Assembly (NCBI GenBank): GCA_976551045.1
Contig: CDPCPM010000115.1
Coordinates: 1,302,001-1,366,000 of the forward strand
Direction of reading: 5' to 3'
Length of the DNA: 64,000 nucleotides
Source of the DNA: Glaucostegus cemiculus
Lineage: Eukaryota
Part shown: piece by piece, positions 1 through 11,900 of the stretch
Layout: each line of letters begins with the position of its first letter
How positions within the stretch are numbered: the stretch's first letter is position 1
Notes under the pieces: generated by a model
Database searches by the model: none
Seen by the model: only the letters and a program-made list of their open reading frames with translations
What the model was told of the DNA's origin: nothing
Program-made: the position numbers and the translations under genes

Positions 1-635
1 CCATAGCAGGGGCTATATTTGTCCCTTTACTCCTTCCTATCATTCAGGGACCAAACCTTCCAGGTGAAGCAGCGATTTATTTGTACTTATTTCAATTTGG
101 TGCACTGCATTCAGTGCTACATTGGAGAAACCGAACATAATTGGGTGACATCTTTGCAGAGCACCTGTTTAGTTGCTAAGGGTGACCCTGAGCCTCTAGT
201 TAACTTAAACTCTATTTCTCCGCCTTGTTCTCATCTCCGTCTGGCATCCTGCAGCGTTCGAATGAAGTTCAACATAAATCCAAACAACACTTCACTGTCC
301 AGCTTGGCACATTACAGCCTTCAGGACTCAGTAATGTCAGATAATCAGTCTTGTAGCTCACATTTCTGGCATTTGTCTCTTTCTGCCTCCTCCTTGGTAT
401 TTGTTCCTCCTTCTTGTACATCCTCTAGAAATATTCTCACCACTCTTCAGCTGGCACCACCAGCACTTTCATTTAATCACTCCTCACCTTATTACCTCAC
501 CTTTTGTTCTCTGTCCCTTTCCCCCATTTTCTGCAACTTATAATTGGTCTCATTTCAGTTCTGATGAAAGTTCATCAAGCTGAAACATTAAGTCTGTTTC
601 TCTCTTCACAGCTGTTGCCTAACCTGGAACCATTC
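1..635 (+). mobile_element. Degenerate Penelope-like element 3' part (GIY-YIG remnant plus terminal repeat)
   Basis: QTFQVKQRFICTYFNLVHCIQC..YIGETE resembles the PLE GIY-YIG endonuclease; followed by a CTGATGA...GAAAC terminal-repeat motif at 561-590. Confidence 0.7.
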
Positions 636-1965
636 CTCGTGAGTAGAAAATTGCACTGGGTCATTGTGCTATTCAGAAAATTACAGGAATCTATTTTTAA
701 ATCTTCAGTTGATTAGAGACCTTTTCATGGATTTGCAAACTTTAGGTGATAGCTGACAAACCTGGTTAATTATTTTGAAGGACTGAAGAATATCTGTGGA
801 TGTTACTTGTATGATCTTCCACCACACATTTGAAGAAGTCCTTCATAAGACTGTTGGTGAAAAAAGCTAACATGACAGGAAAAGAAAGAGGAAGTCCTGT
901 GTATTGCCACTGTAATGGTCTCTTGCACTACAACATTGACACCATATCACGTGAATGAACAGACCAAAAATACAGCTCAACACAGGCAACCTTCAAGCAC
1001 AGATCTGATCTAAACACAACAAAATAAATACTATATTGAATGGTGATAAACTATAATTTAATTTCAACAGCTGTATTACAGCTGGCCAATTTAAATTAGA
1101 ATTATCTCTATTTTTTCTGAAGGTGTAAAACAATTTTATTTTGATAAACAAAGCACATCAGAATTGCCCTAGTGAACATCTTAGCAGATAAAAGCCATGG
1201 AGTAGGACACTTGGCCATTTCTTTACAGGGTGAAATTACACAAGAGTAATGATGCAGTCATTTAAAAAGTTACATTGTGAGAATGGGGTCACACTCACCT
1301 CAGTTAAGTCACCACTTTACCAACAAGAATGGGCATTTGTCAAGCATCTCTAACAATGTAACATACCAGACTATATTGAAGTGGCAGGGGGTGGGGGAAG
1401 AGGAAGGAAAAGGGAAAAGAACAGCAGGAAAAGAGAGAAAACACAGGGGCTGAGGGCACAAGAACGCAGTATGTGAGGGCAAGGGGAGAGAATGCAGAAA
1501 AAGAGAGAGAGAAAACGAGATAGTGCGAGACAGTGGGGAGGGAAGAGGAGAAAGAGCCAAGGGAGAGATTTAAAATTTAGTTTATCTCTCAGATGAAACC
1601 AGGTCTCTATTCAATAAAGCTGGAAAAAATAGGTGATTTTATTTTGTTTCAGCAACAAGAGCTATTTATCAACAAATATAGTGGCACAGAAATTTGAAAG
1701 ATGTTCCACTATTTGGGGTTTTAGCAAAAAACTGAAAAGTAAAGATATTTATTGTGTCTTATTGGTTCCTTTCTGGAACTGTCCTTAGTTACTCATTTAA
1801 GACATGTTGCTGATAAATAAGCCATCAAGAGAATTGAAAAAGTAAAACACTCAGAATAAGTGACTTCATTTCCACTACCTGCCCATTACTAATGAAGATA
1901 TATGATGAGGGTTTGGGTACAATTTAACAATAACAGCTTTGTTTAACAAGCAAAATATTCTTGCC

Positions 1966-2350
1966 CAAGGGATGATGGGTGACCTGATAGAAGTATATAA
2001 AATTATAAGAGGAATAGATAGGGTTGATAGTGAGAATCATTTTCCCCCATAGTGGTATCATCAAAAACAAGGTGGCATAGGTTTAAGGTCAGAGGAAGGA
2101 GTTTTAAAGGGGATTTGAGGGGAAAGTTTTTTTTAAAAGGCACAGAAAGTGATTGCTATCTGGAACATACTGCCAGAGGAAATGGTGGAATCAGCTATAA
2201 TCATTATGTTTAAGAGGCATTTAGACGCACTTGAATAGGTAAGGCATAGAAGGATACAGACCTAATGTGGGCAAATGGGATTGATGTAGATTGGCAAAAA
2301 GGTTGTCATGGACATGGTGGGCTGAAGGGCCTTTCTCAGTGTTGTTCAAT
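1966..2350 (+). mobile_element. CR1 LINE 3' fragment
   Basis: [17 protein letters not shown]-type ORF2 C-terminus plus CR1 3' UTR (GGGCTGAAGGGCCT). Confidence 0.8.
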
Positions 2351-2456
2351 TCTAGGACTTTAGGTATACTTCCATCTACTGCTAAATCAAGTCTACCAAA
2401 ACAATTAACATTATTAACGTGCAAGTACATTTAATTTTGCATTTAATCTTATCAAC

Positions 2457-2462
2457 TTTATT
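2457..2462 (-). terminator. Candidate VPS16 polyadenylation signal (AATAAA)
   Basis: First AATAAA on the minus strand after the stop codon, about 310 nt downstream, followed by T/GT-rich sequence. Confidence 0.55.
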
Positions 2463-2771
2463 TTGGTAAGTACAGTAGCTCCACACCAAATAATTTACAT
2501 AGTGCATACACTGAGGCATCAGATTTAAGTCATATTTAATCATACAAGATGTAGCATTTAAAATATTTGCATGATATACATTTCTATAACAACAAATTGT
2601 TAAGTTAAGCTACTTCGGTTTTTCCTGGCAACAAATTGTGTAACTGTTCATTAGTTTTTCTCTTTTTGCAATTCATGCTAAACTAACTATAAACATATTT
2701 ACAAACATACATATATTAGGAAAACAGGGAACTAATACTTAGTTGATCACTTGTCATCTCTGAGAAGTATT

Positions 2772-2916
2772 TTACTTCTTTAGAATCTGTGCTTTTGCTC
2801 TGTTAATTTTTTCCACAATTAACTGATCAGTAGCTGATGTACACTTGGAAAGAATAGTGTTCAACTCGCTTTCATTTTTGCGTTCTGTTGCAACTTCCAC
2901 AGCTTGGTCTAGATCT
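2772..2916 (-). CDS. VPS16: VPS16 exon 24, terminal coding part
   Basis: [47 protein letters not shown]. Confidence 0.95.
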
Positions 2917-5900
2917 CTGAGACAGAATAAAAATAAAACACATTAGAGCAACATCCGAAGCACAATTAAGAGTGCTCCCCAAAGACCATATTCCATCCTC
3001 CAGATATAAACACAAGTACTAGAAAACTAAAAGGATAAAAAAAGCAATGCTGAGAATGCCTAAAAGATCATAAAAGGGGAAAAGATCAGTATTTTCAATA
3101 TCCCCCCCCCCAAAGATTTCCATATGCATTTTTGCAATAAATTTAATGGTGTCACTCTGTTACCTGCTAATGTAGACCAGCAACAAGAAGAGCAAGGGTT
3201 CAAAGCTGGTTATTTATAGGCTGGCATTACATAAACTGATTCTGAGAGCTTGTTGGAAAAATCCAAAAGTTTTGACATTGGGCTACCTTTATCAATGGCA
3301 GTGCCACAATAAGTGGTTGAACTTTAAATGTTATCAGGGAAAATAGGCAAGTAACACATCTCAAAGACATTACTCAGTTCCAAATGTGGTGACTTGAGTC
3401 ACCATATTTATCATTTCAGGTAGACACTTGGTTCAGATTGGAGCTCATTCCATGGTAAAATGCCTCTCTGCCCCAGTATCAGTCTCATCATCTTGTAAAA
3501 TGAAATCATCTTTTCCCATGCAACTCCTTCAGCCAAAGGTTTAGCTCCCCAAACTGTTTATCCCTGCACAAATTTGCTTGGGTAATAATCTGAGATTGTA
3601 ACCCTTGGGAACCTATTCTGTGATTTAGTTCCTGGGACTCTCAAAATTGGACTCATGCCTTTTTGTTTTAAATCTATCAATCCCAACATGAATCATGATG
3701 ACTAGGATTTCCCATTCCAATGGAGTCAAGTGAGAATGAAATTAAGATTATAAAGGATAGATGGTGAAAATTCTAGTCAAATGACTCAGGGTTCAGGGAG
3801 GATTTTTGAGGTGCTAGAAACCTGTTGGAAGCAGGAGGGGGTTCAGGAGAAAATAAAAAAAGCTTGCCGATTTTAGAATCTGAAACAAAAACAGAAAATG
3901 CAGGAAACACTTGGCATGTTGCATAACATCTGTTGAAAAGACACATTTAATGTTTCAGGTTGATGACCTTTTGTCGGGGAGAGTTTGGGTTCCTAAATAT
4001 TGAGTAAACTTCTACTTACCCAACCATTATATATCCTTTGACCTTCTGCTCTGGGCTGACTTTTGCTACATATTTCTTAGCTTCATACTTGTTATGATGC
4101 TTTACACAGATTTCCACAAATGGCTACAAATGGAAAGAAAAATAGCTTTAAAACAATTAAAAGTAGATTTTTTAAAAAATCATTTACTATGAAAAACTGT
4201 TTTACCTAAGATAACAGAAACATACCATATAACCTATTGGGGACTTCTTGCTTCTAGAAAATTTTTCAAGTTCCTCCCAGTCTCCTTTCTCTGCCAATGC
4301 AGCAATCTTCAGCCACCAAAACCTGAATGCCATGAACAAAAGCTATTACGCTGCACGGTGATTCAGTTTTATACACTTATACTTTGGGATAAAAAACACT
4401 TAAGTGTACTGTTTGCTTACAGAACTGAATGATTACACAGCATCATTTAATTACAAATCACAAGATCACAAGACAAGGGAGCAGAAGTAGGCCATTCATT
4501 CCTTCGAGTCTGCTCCATGAGAAGAGAAAAAGATAACATATCTATCCCCAATTTCCAGCCTTATCCCCATATCCCTTGATACCTTGATTAATTAGGTACC
4601 TATCCAACTCCCCTTTAAGTGCCCCCACTGACTGAGCCTCTACAGCTGTATGTGGCAGAGAATTCCACAATTCCACCACCCTCTGACTAAAGTAATTTCT
4701 CCTCATCTCTGTTTTAAACTGATTCCCTCTGATTCTAAGTCTGTGCCCTCTAGTCTTGGACTCACCCACCAAGGGAAACAGCCTATCCACATCTACTCTA
4801 TCCATTCCTTTCAACATCCTAAACACTTCTATGAGGTCCCCCCTCATTCTTCTGTACTCCAATGAGTACAGTCCAAGAGCTGATAAACGCTCATCATAGG
4901 TAAGCCCTTTCATACCAGGAATCATCCTTGTAAACCTCCTCTGAACCCTCTCCAACATCAGCACATCCCTTCTAAGGTGTGGGGCCCAAAACTGCACACA
5001 GTATTCCAAATGAGGACGTACCAGTGCTCCATAGAGCCTCACCATCACTTCCCTACTTCTATACACTATACCTCGCGAAATGAACGCCAACATAGCATTC
5101 GCTTTCTTTATCGCCGATCCGACCTGGTGGTTGACTTTTAGGGTGTCCTGCACGAGTACCCCCAAGTCCCTTTGTACTTCCGTACTTCCAATTTTCTCCC
5201 CATCTAGATAATAATCTGCCCGTTCATTTCTTTTGCCAAAGTGTACTACAGCACATTTGTCAACAGTGAATTTCATCTGCCATTTCTTTGCCCATTCACC
5301 TAACCTATCCAAGTCTCTCTGTAGCCTTCCTGCCTCTTCTATACTCCCTGCTCCCCCGCCAATCTTGGTGTCATCCGCAAACTTAGCTACAAAACCATTT
5401 ACTCCATCATCCAAATCATTGATATATAAAGTGAAAAGTAGCGGGCCCAACACCGACCCTTGCGGACACCACTAGTAACCTTCAGTCCTCGCCTATTTAA
5501 TTTCCTTTTACATAGATACACTAAAGAGGAAGTATTCCTTAAACTGTGCTTTTTGTTATATTCGTAACAAAATTGCTACACATAATCAGTCCCGCCTCGC
5601 ACCACCCATCCCCCCCACCCCCGGTTCAAGTTCGTTTTCCTATTCTGCTCCCTAAATTATTACAACTCTGGATCACAATTTACCAGCTGAAGTATCAGAC
5701 AATAAAGCAAATATAGCAACAAAGTCATTACTTTACTGGAGATAAAACTTCAAATCATATCTCAGCAAGAAGGGAATCCAATGAGGATAAGTAGATAAAT
5801 TTGGAACAAAAAGCTAGTATTGGAATACCCAGTTGTCATATACCCCTGACTGTTATAATAGTATCCTTAGGGAGGGACATTGGTCACCTTACCCAGTTTG

Positions 5901-8900
5901 CCGAACTTGCTCCAGAACTACAGCAATGTGACCAACTCTCATACTCTCTCTGAAATGTATAGTAACCCATTCATTTCAAGGGCAGTAAGAGTTGGTATTG
6001 CAGGGGAACTATGTAGCCCATGAATGATAAAAAGTGATGAACACAGAGCTTATACCTCCAAGTCTCCCTTCTACATTCCAGAGATTGGATTTCAGCAGTA
6101 TACTTTGGGACTGCACCAAGTGAAAGTCAAGTTTTTCTTCAATTAATTTTAAAAAAGATACTCAAGCTGTTATGACCTTCTAGATTACAATTACCAGATT
6201 TCCATTTGCGCCATGGGAGTCTCTTCCATTCAAATGAATATTGGAGGTTTTCTTTGTCTGCAATAATGCATCTATTTTCCAAATCTCTGTTTAGGCTTGT
6301 TAGCCCCAAATGTTCGATATACTTTACCTTTCTTTTAGTTGAGTAAGTTCACTTTCCTAATTTTAACATTATGTAAACTGGTAGAAAAATCTAAAAGACC
6401 AATTTCAACTGGAATTCATGTTTTAATTTTACCTTTTGTCAGGAATTTTAAAGTCTTTGTAAAGCTGCTCAGCTTGTTTGTGCTTGCTTTCCAATAACAG
6501 TCTGGAAACAGTGTCATGTAATGAGAAATCCAAGTACGATTTACCAAGTTCCTTCTGCAATCGATACTGATATCGCAACAATTTAATTTGGTCTTCTGTG
6601 ACCTAGAATTTGAGGTGAGAGGAAAGTTTAATTACATTTTTTCATTCTATTTATAATTTCTCAACCCAAGGGGACGTCCTCTGCTTATTACTGATACAAA
6701 AGTTTATTCTGCACTCCCCCCGCCCCCCCCAAATGCTCTTGCCTCCTTTCTCTTAAAGCTTTCAGCTGTTCAGAATAACTTGTAGGTAAGGCAGCATCCA
6801 TGGAAGGAAATGGACAGTCAACTTTTCAGGTCAAGACCCTTCTTTCTGTTCAGTATAATCCCCAGTTGGATTTTTCTCATACGTAACCATGAGCAGTGAG
6901 CATTGATAAACACACCAAAATACATAGATCATAAGTACGTTGTCTAATTACTAGCAGAGGCCAATTACAGATCCCCATCTGCTGTGCAAACAAAACTGAC
7001 ACTGAACAGGAATCAAATTCACATTTTCAAAGGTCATATTAGGGAGCTTGCTGTGCGTGACCTGAATGATACCTCTTCAACATACTTAATTGGCCATACA
7101 GCAATACACCATATAAAAACACACCATATAAATGCAATTTTTTTCCATTAATACCATACTGATGTACTAATGTTTTGCAAAAGCCAGCCATGTAGTAAAA
7201 TGTGGGAAGGTGGTTGGAGAATGATGGCAGTCTAGTAAATTTGTCTTATTCTATTATTCAGCCTATGAAACATGGAAGTGCATCAGGAATTGTACACAAG
7301 CAACAACGTAATTGAGGATCAAATCTGTACAAATTTTCATAGCTTTTCACTGGGACATTTTCTTGCTGGTGCCCCTTGCTCTACAGATAATGCACCAGTG
7401 AAAAATGGTAACTGGCACAGCAGCAGAGCGGTTACTACTTCTGTGTTATGACTCCAGAGATCTGGGTTTGATCCTGATCTTGGGTGCTGTGTGTGGAGTT
7501 TACCTATTCTCCTTGTGACTGTGTGGGTTTACCCTGGTGCTCTGGTTTCTTCCCGCAAAGATGTTCTGGGTGGTAGGTCAATTGGCGACTGTAAATGACC
7601 CATGGTGCAGGTGCGTGGCAGAAGGATTGGGGATAGGGGTTGGAGAGTTATTGGGGATGCAAAAGGAAAGATGGGATTGGTGCAGAAGGGTGTATGTGCT
7701 GGGCTGAAAAGGCCTATTTCTATGCTGAGTTACTCTGAGATTCAATGGCCCAGGGGAGTCCTGTCTGTCTTCAGAAAGGAAGGAAAAGAGAATGGGTAAA
7801 ATTTCGACACAAAGGATATTGTTGCCATGAAATAGTCTAGCGTTTAGCTGGGTCTGTCTTAGATATTTTTTAAACAAAATACTGAGAAACAACATCTTGA
7901 GGGAATTAGTGGCGATGGAGGCAGGTTATGGGGAAAAATTAGGGGAGTGCAATTGCTCTGTGAGCCAGCACAGACTCAATGTGCTGTAATGGCTTCCTCT
8001 TACATTGGAAGGAAATATGGGATCAGATGCCTAACGGGAGCATGATGCAAAAAGTAACAGTCTTTGAAGAATTTTCAACTGCAGAAAATTTTTGAACATA
8101 TAATCTGATAGTCTGAAGTGTCTCAAAATAAACTGCCAAGGTATACAGGTAGAAACTAACCACTTCAACATAGCAAATTTTGAAGTTACTTAAAGAATGC
8201 CACACTTTTTATAATTATGCTTAAACTACATTTGATAATGACTTGAAATTTCATTTTTTTAGCATTCTACTAGACAATTGCTTTTGTTTTCTGAAACTTT
8301 AAACCAGTTCTACACATAACACATTCTATACAGCATCTTCCATTATAAGCCACGTTTCCAAGAGAGAATGTCCTGGGTGGGTGGGGTCTTTGATTATGCT
8401 GGCTGCATTATCAAGGCAGCAAGAGGTATAGACAGAATCCATGGAAGGGAGGCTGGTTTCAATGATGTGCTGGGCTGTGTCCACAACTCTCTGCAGTTTC
8501 GTGTAGTCCCTAGCAGAACAGTTGCCATACAAAGCCGTGATGCATCCAGATAGGATGCTTTCTATGGAGCATCGATAAAAGTTGGTGAGTGTCAAAGGGG
8601 ACATGCCAAATTTCTTTAGCCTCCTGAGGAAGTAGAGGCGCTGGTGAGCTTTTTTGGCTGTGGCATCTATGTGGTTGGACCAGGACAGGCTGTTGGTGAT
8701 GTTTACTCCTAGGAACTTGAAGCTCTTAATCCTCTCGACCTCAACACCGTTGATGTTGCCCGAGACAGGTGCATGTGCACTGCCCTTTTCCTGAAGTCAA
8801 TGACCAGCTCTTTTGTTTTGCTGACATTGGGGGAAAGGTTGTTGTCATGACACCATGTCACTAAGCTCTCTATCTCTTTCCTGTAACTCATTGTTATTTG

Positions 8901-11900
8901 AGATATGGCTCACTATGGTGATATTATCTGCAAACTTGTAGATGGGGTTAGAGCAGAATCTGGCCATGCAGTAATGAATATGTAGAGAGTAGAGGACTGA
9001 GGGCACAGTGTTGAGAATAATTGTGCCAGAGGTGTTGCTGCCTATCCTCACTGATTGCAGTCTGTTGGTCAGAGTGTCAAGGATCCAGTTACAGGGGGAA
9101 GATGTTGAGTCCCAGGTCTCGGAGTTTGGTGATGAATTTGTTTGGAATTATCGTATTGAAGGTGGAGCTGCAGTATAAAGAATAGTCTAATGTAGGTGCC
9201 TTTACTGTCCAGATGTGCCAGAGATGCGTGTAGGACCAGGGAGATGGCGTCCACTGTAGACATGCTTTGGTGGTAGACAAATTGCAGTGGGTCGAGGTTA
9301 TCCAGGAGGCTGGAGTTAATGTGTGCCATGACCAGCCTCTCCAAGCACTTCATGATGGTGGATGTCAGAGCCACCGGTCGGTAGTCATTGAGGCACATTA
9401 ACTTGTTTCTCTTAGGTACTGGGATCATAGGTCTTCTTAAAACAGGTGGGAACCTCAGAGTGAAGCATGGAAAGGTTAAAAATGTCTGCAAATACCGCCG
9501 CCAGATGATCAACATAGGATCTGAGGACACGGCCAGGGACACCATCCAGGCCAGCTGCTTTCTGCAGGTTCACTCTCTGGAAGATTGATCTTAGGTCCTC
9601 AATGGCGACCACAGGTTCAGGTGCACTGGAGGCTGTCAGGGTGGGTGGTGACAGACCAATCCCCTTCTGTTCAAAACACAAGGGATGTGCTGTTGTGGTG
9701 ATGCTGCCTGACTTCGTTTTGTAGCCCGTTATAGCATGTAAGCCCTGCCACAACTGAGTCTGGGGCTTGATTTTGGACTGGTATTGTCTCGTGGCATCTC
9801 TGATAGCTTTATGGAGGTCGTATCTCGATTTGTTGTAAAGGTCAGGATCACCTGATTGGAATGCAGCAGTCCCCGACTTCAGTAGGGAGTGGTTCTCCTG
9901 GTTCATTTGTGGTTCCTGGTTTGGGAACAGCCATATTGTCCGCTTTGGTACACAGTCCTCCACACGCTTGCTGATAAAGTCTGTGATGGTGGTGACATAT
10001 TCATCTAAGCCAACAGCTGAGTCTTTGAACATGAACCAGTTCACTGACTCAAAGCAGTTGGGTAGAAGCTCATCTATTTCCTCAGACCAGCACTGCATGA
10101 CTTTCTGTACTGGATCCTCCTGTTTCAGCTTCTATTTGTATGCAGGGAGAAGGAGTACAGCCTGGTGGTCTGATTTACCAAAGTGAGTGCAATGTACTTG
10201 GATTTCCCAAAAGGCATTCAATAAGGTGCTGCAAAGGTTACAGTACGTGGGGTTGGGGGTTTGGCTGACAGAAAACGAGGATAGAAATAAATTGGTCATT
10301 TTCAGATTGATGATCATAACTTGTGGCAAGATGACAAAAGAGAATGTAGATATTGGACAAGAGAATGCTGGAAAAACAGTGGGTCAAACAGTATCTGCGG
10401 AGACAAATGGTGTAAGTTGACATTTTGGGTCGTGACTGTGCATCTGAACTGAGGGAACAGGAATGATTGCGAGTACATAGCAGGGTGGATAAAAGCTAGT
10501 AGGTAATAGGTAGAAACAGGGGGGTGGGGATGATGAGCAGATGGAACCAGATCGGGGAAGGGGATGGGAGGGATGAACAAAGGGAGTGAAAACTAGGACA
10601 GGTGAATGAGTGGGAGGAGAGTACCAGGGTTGTAGGATACCCAAAACTGGAAAATTCAATATTGATGTTATGGGTTATAAGCTACCCGTGGAATATGAAA
10701 TGTAGTTCTTCCAGTTTGCATTTGGCCTCTCTGTGGCAGTGGAGAAGGCAGGACAGGCAGGTTGATGTGGGAATTGAAAGGAGAGCCAAAATGACATGCA
10801 GCTGGAAGCCTGAGACGGCCATTCTGGACAGAGCACAAGTGCTCCGCTAAACAGTCACCTCGTCTACACTTGCCTTCACCAAGGTAGAGGATGCCAGATT
10901 GGGAGCACTGAATGCAGTAGACCAAGTTGGAAGAGGTGCAGATGAACCTCTGCCTCTCTTGGAAGGGCTGTTAAGGTCTCTGGATGCTGGTGAGAGAGGA
11001 GGTGAATGGACAGGTGTTATATTTAGTTCCTTTGGTTGCGAGGAAAGTGCCTGGAGGCAGGGATGGGGTGGCTGGGGAGGCCATGGAATCCCAAGGGGTG
11101 GTCCATGTGGAAAACAGAGGTGTGGGGAGGAAAAGATGTGACTGGTGGGAGTATTGCATTGAAGATGGCAGAAATGGAGAAGGATGATATGTTGCTTGGA
11201 AAGGTGAGGACCAAGGGAACTCTGCTTTGGTGGGGGGGGGGGGGGGGGGGGCCGGGTCGGGTCGGGGGGGTTCAGAAAGCACTTGAGTAATAGAGGAAAT
11301 ATGTGTAAGTCCTCCATCAACTACGGCAGAGAAATTCCCATGCTTCCAGGAGGAGGACGTTTCAGAAGCCTTAGAGCAGAAGGCCTCATTTTGAGAACTG
11401 ATGTGGTGGAGACAGAAATGGGAGCAAAAGGAATGGCATCCTTACAGGATGCAGGGTGGGAGGTAGCTGTGGGAGTTGGTGGGTTTATTGAAGATGTCAG
11501 TGGTGAGTCTGGCCCCTGAGGTGGAAACAGAGATCCAGAAAAGGAGGAAAAGTGACAGAGGGGGATCAGTGCTGGGGTCTTGACCATTTCCAATCTATAA
11601 TAATGACTTCAACATTGTTGAGTCAGAGCCAACCAACTCTGATACAAGATCAACCATCTATAATATTAACTCAGTTTTTCTCTTTCAATAGATGGTGCCT
11701 GACCTGCTGAGTAATTCCAACATGATCTGTTTTTGTTTATGGTCCCTGGTCCCAGGCCTGGGCCTGGACACAGAGTCAGATGTTGTCAGATGGGTTTCCT
11801 GGGACAGCTTACAGGCATACAGCAGTGTCAGTTTCCCTGTGAGTGTACTAGGAATGGATAGCAGAGGGGCTGCAAAGTCAGTGATAACAGTCCTGACGTA

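Noticed and set aside
3430-3495. Intronic C/D-box snoRNA (minus-strand TGATGA...CTGA)
   Set aside because: No terminal stem or recognisable rRNA guide, and such box pairs are frequent by chance.
4542-5453. RT ORF as a domesticated gene or a retron/DGR-like system
   Set aside because: It is an ordinary 5'-truncated CR1 with its own 3' tail. It starts mid-RT, has related copies in the window and lacks accessory genes or template repeats.
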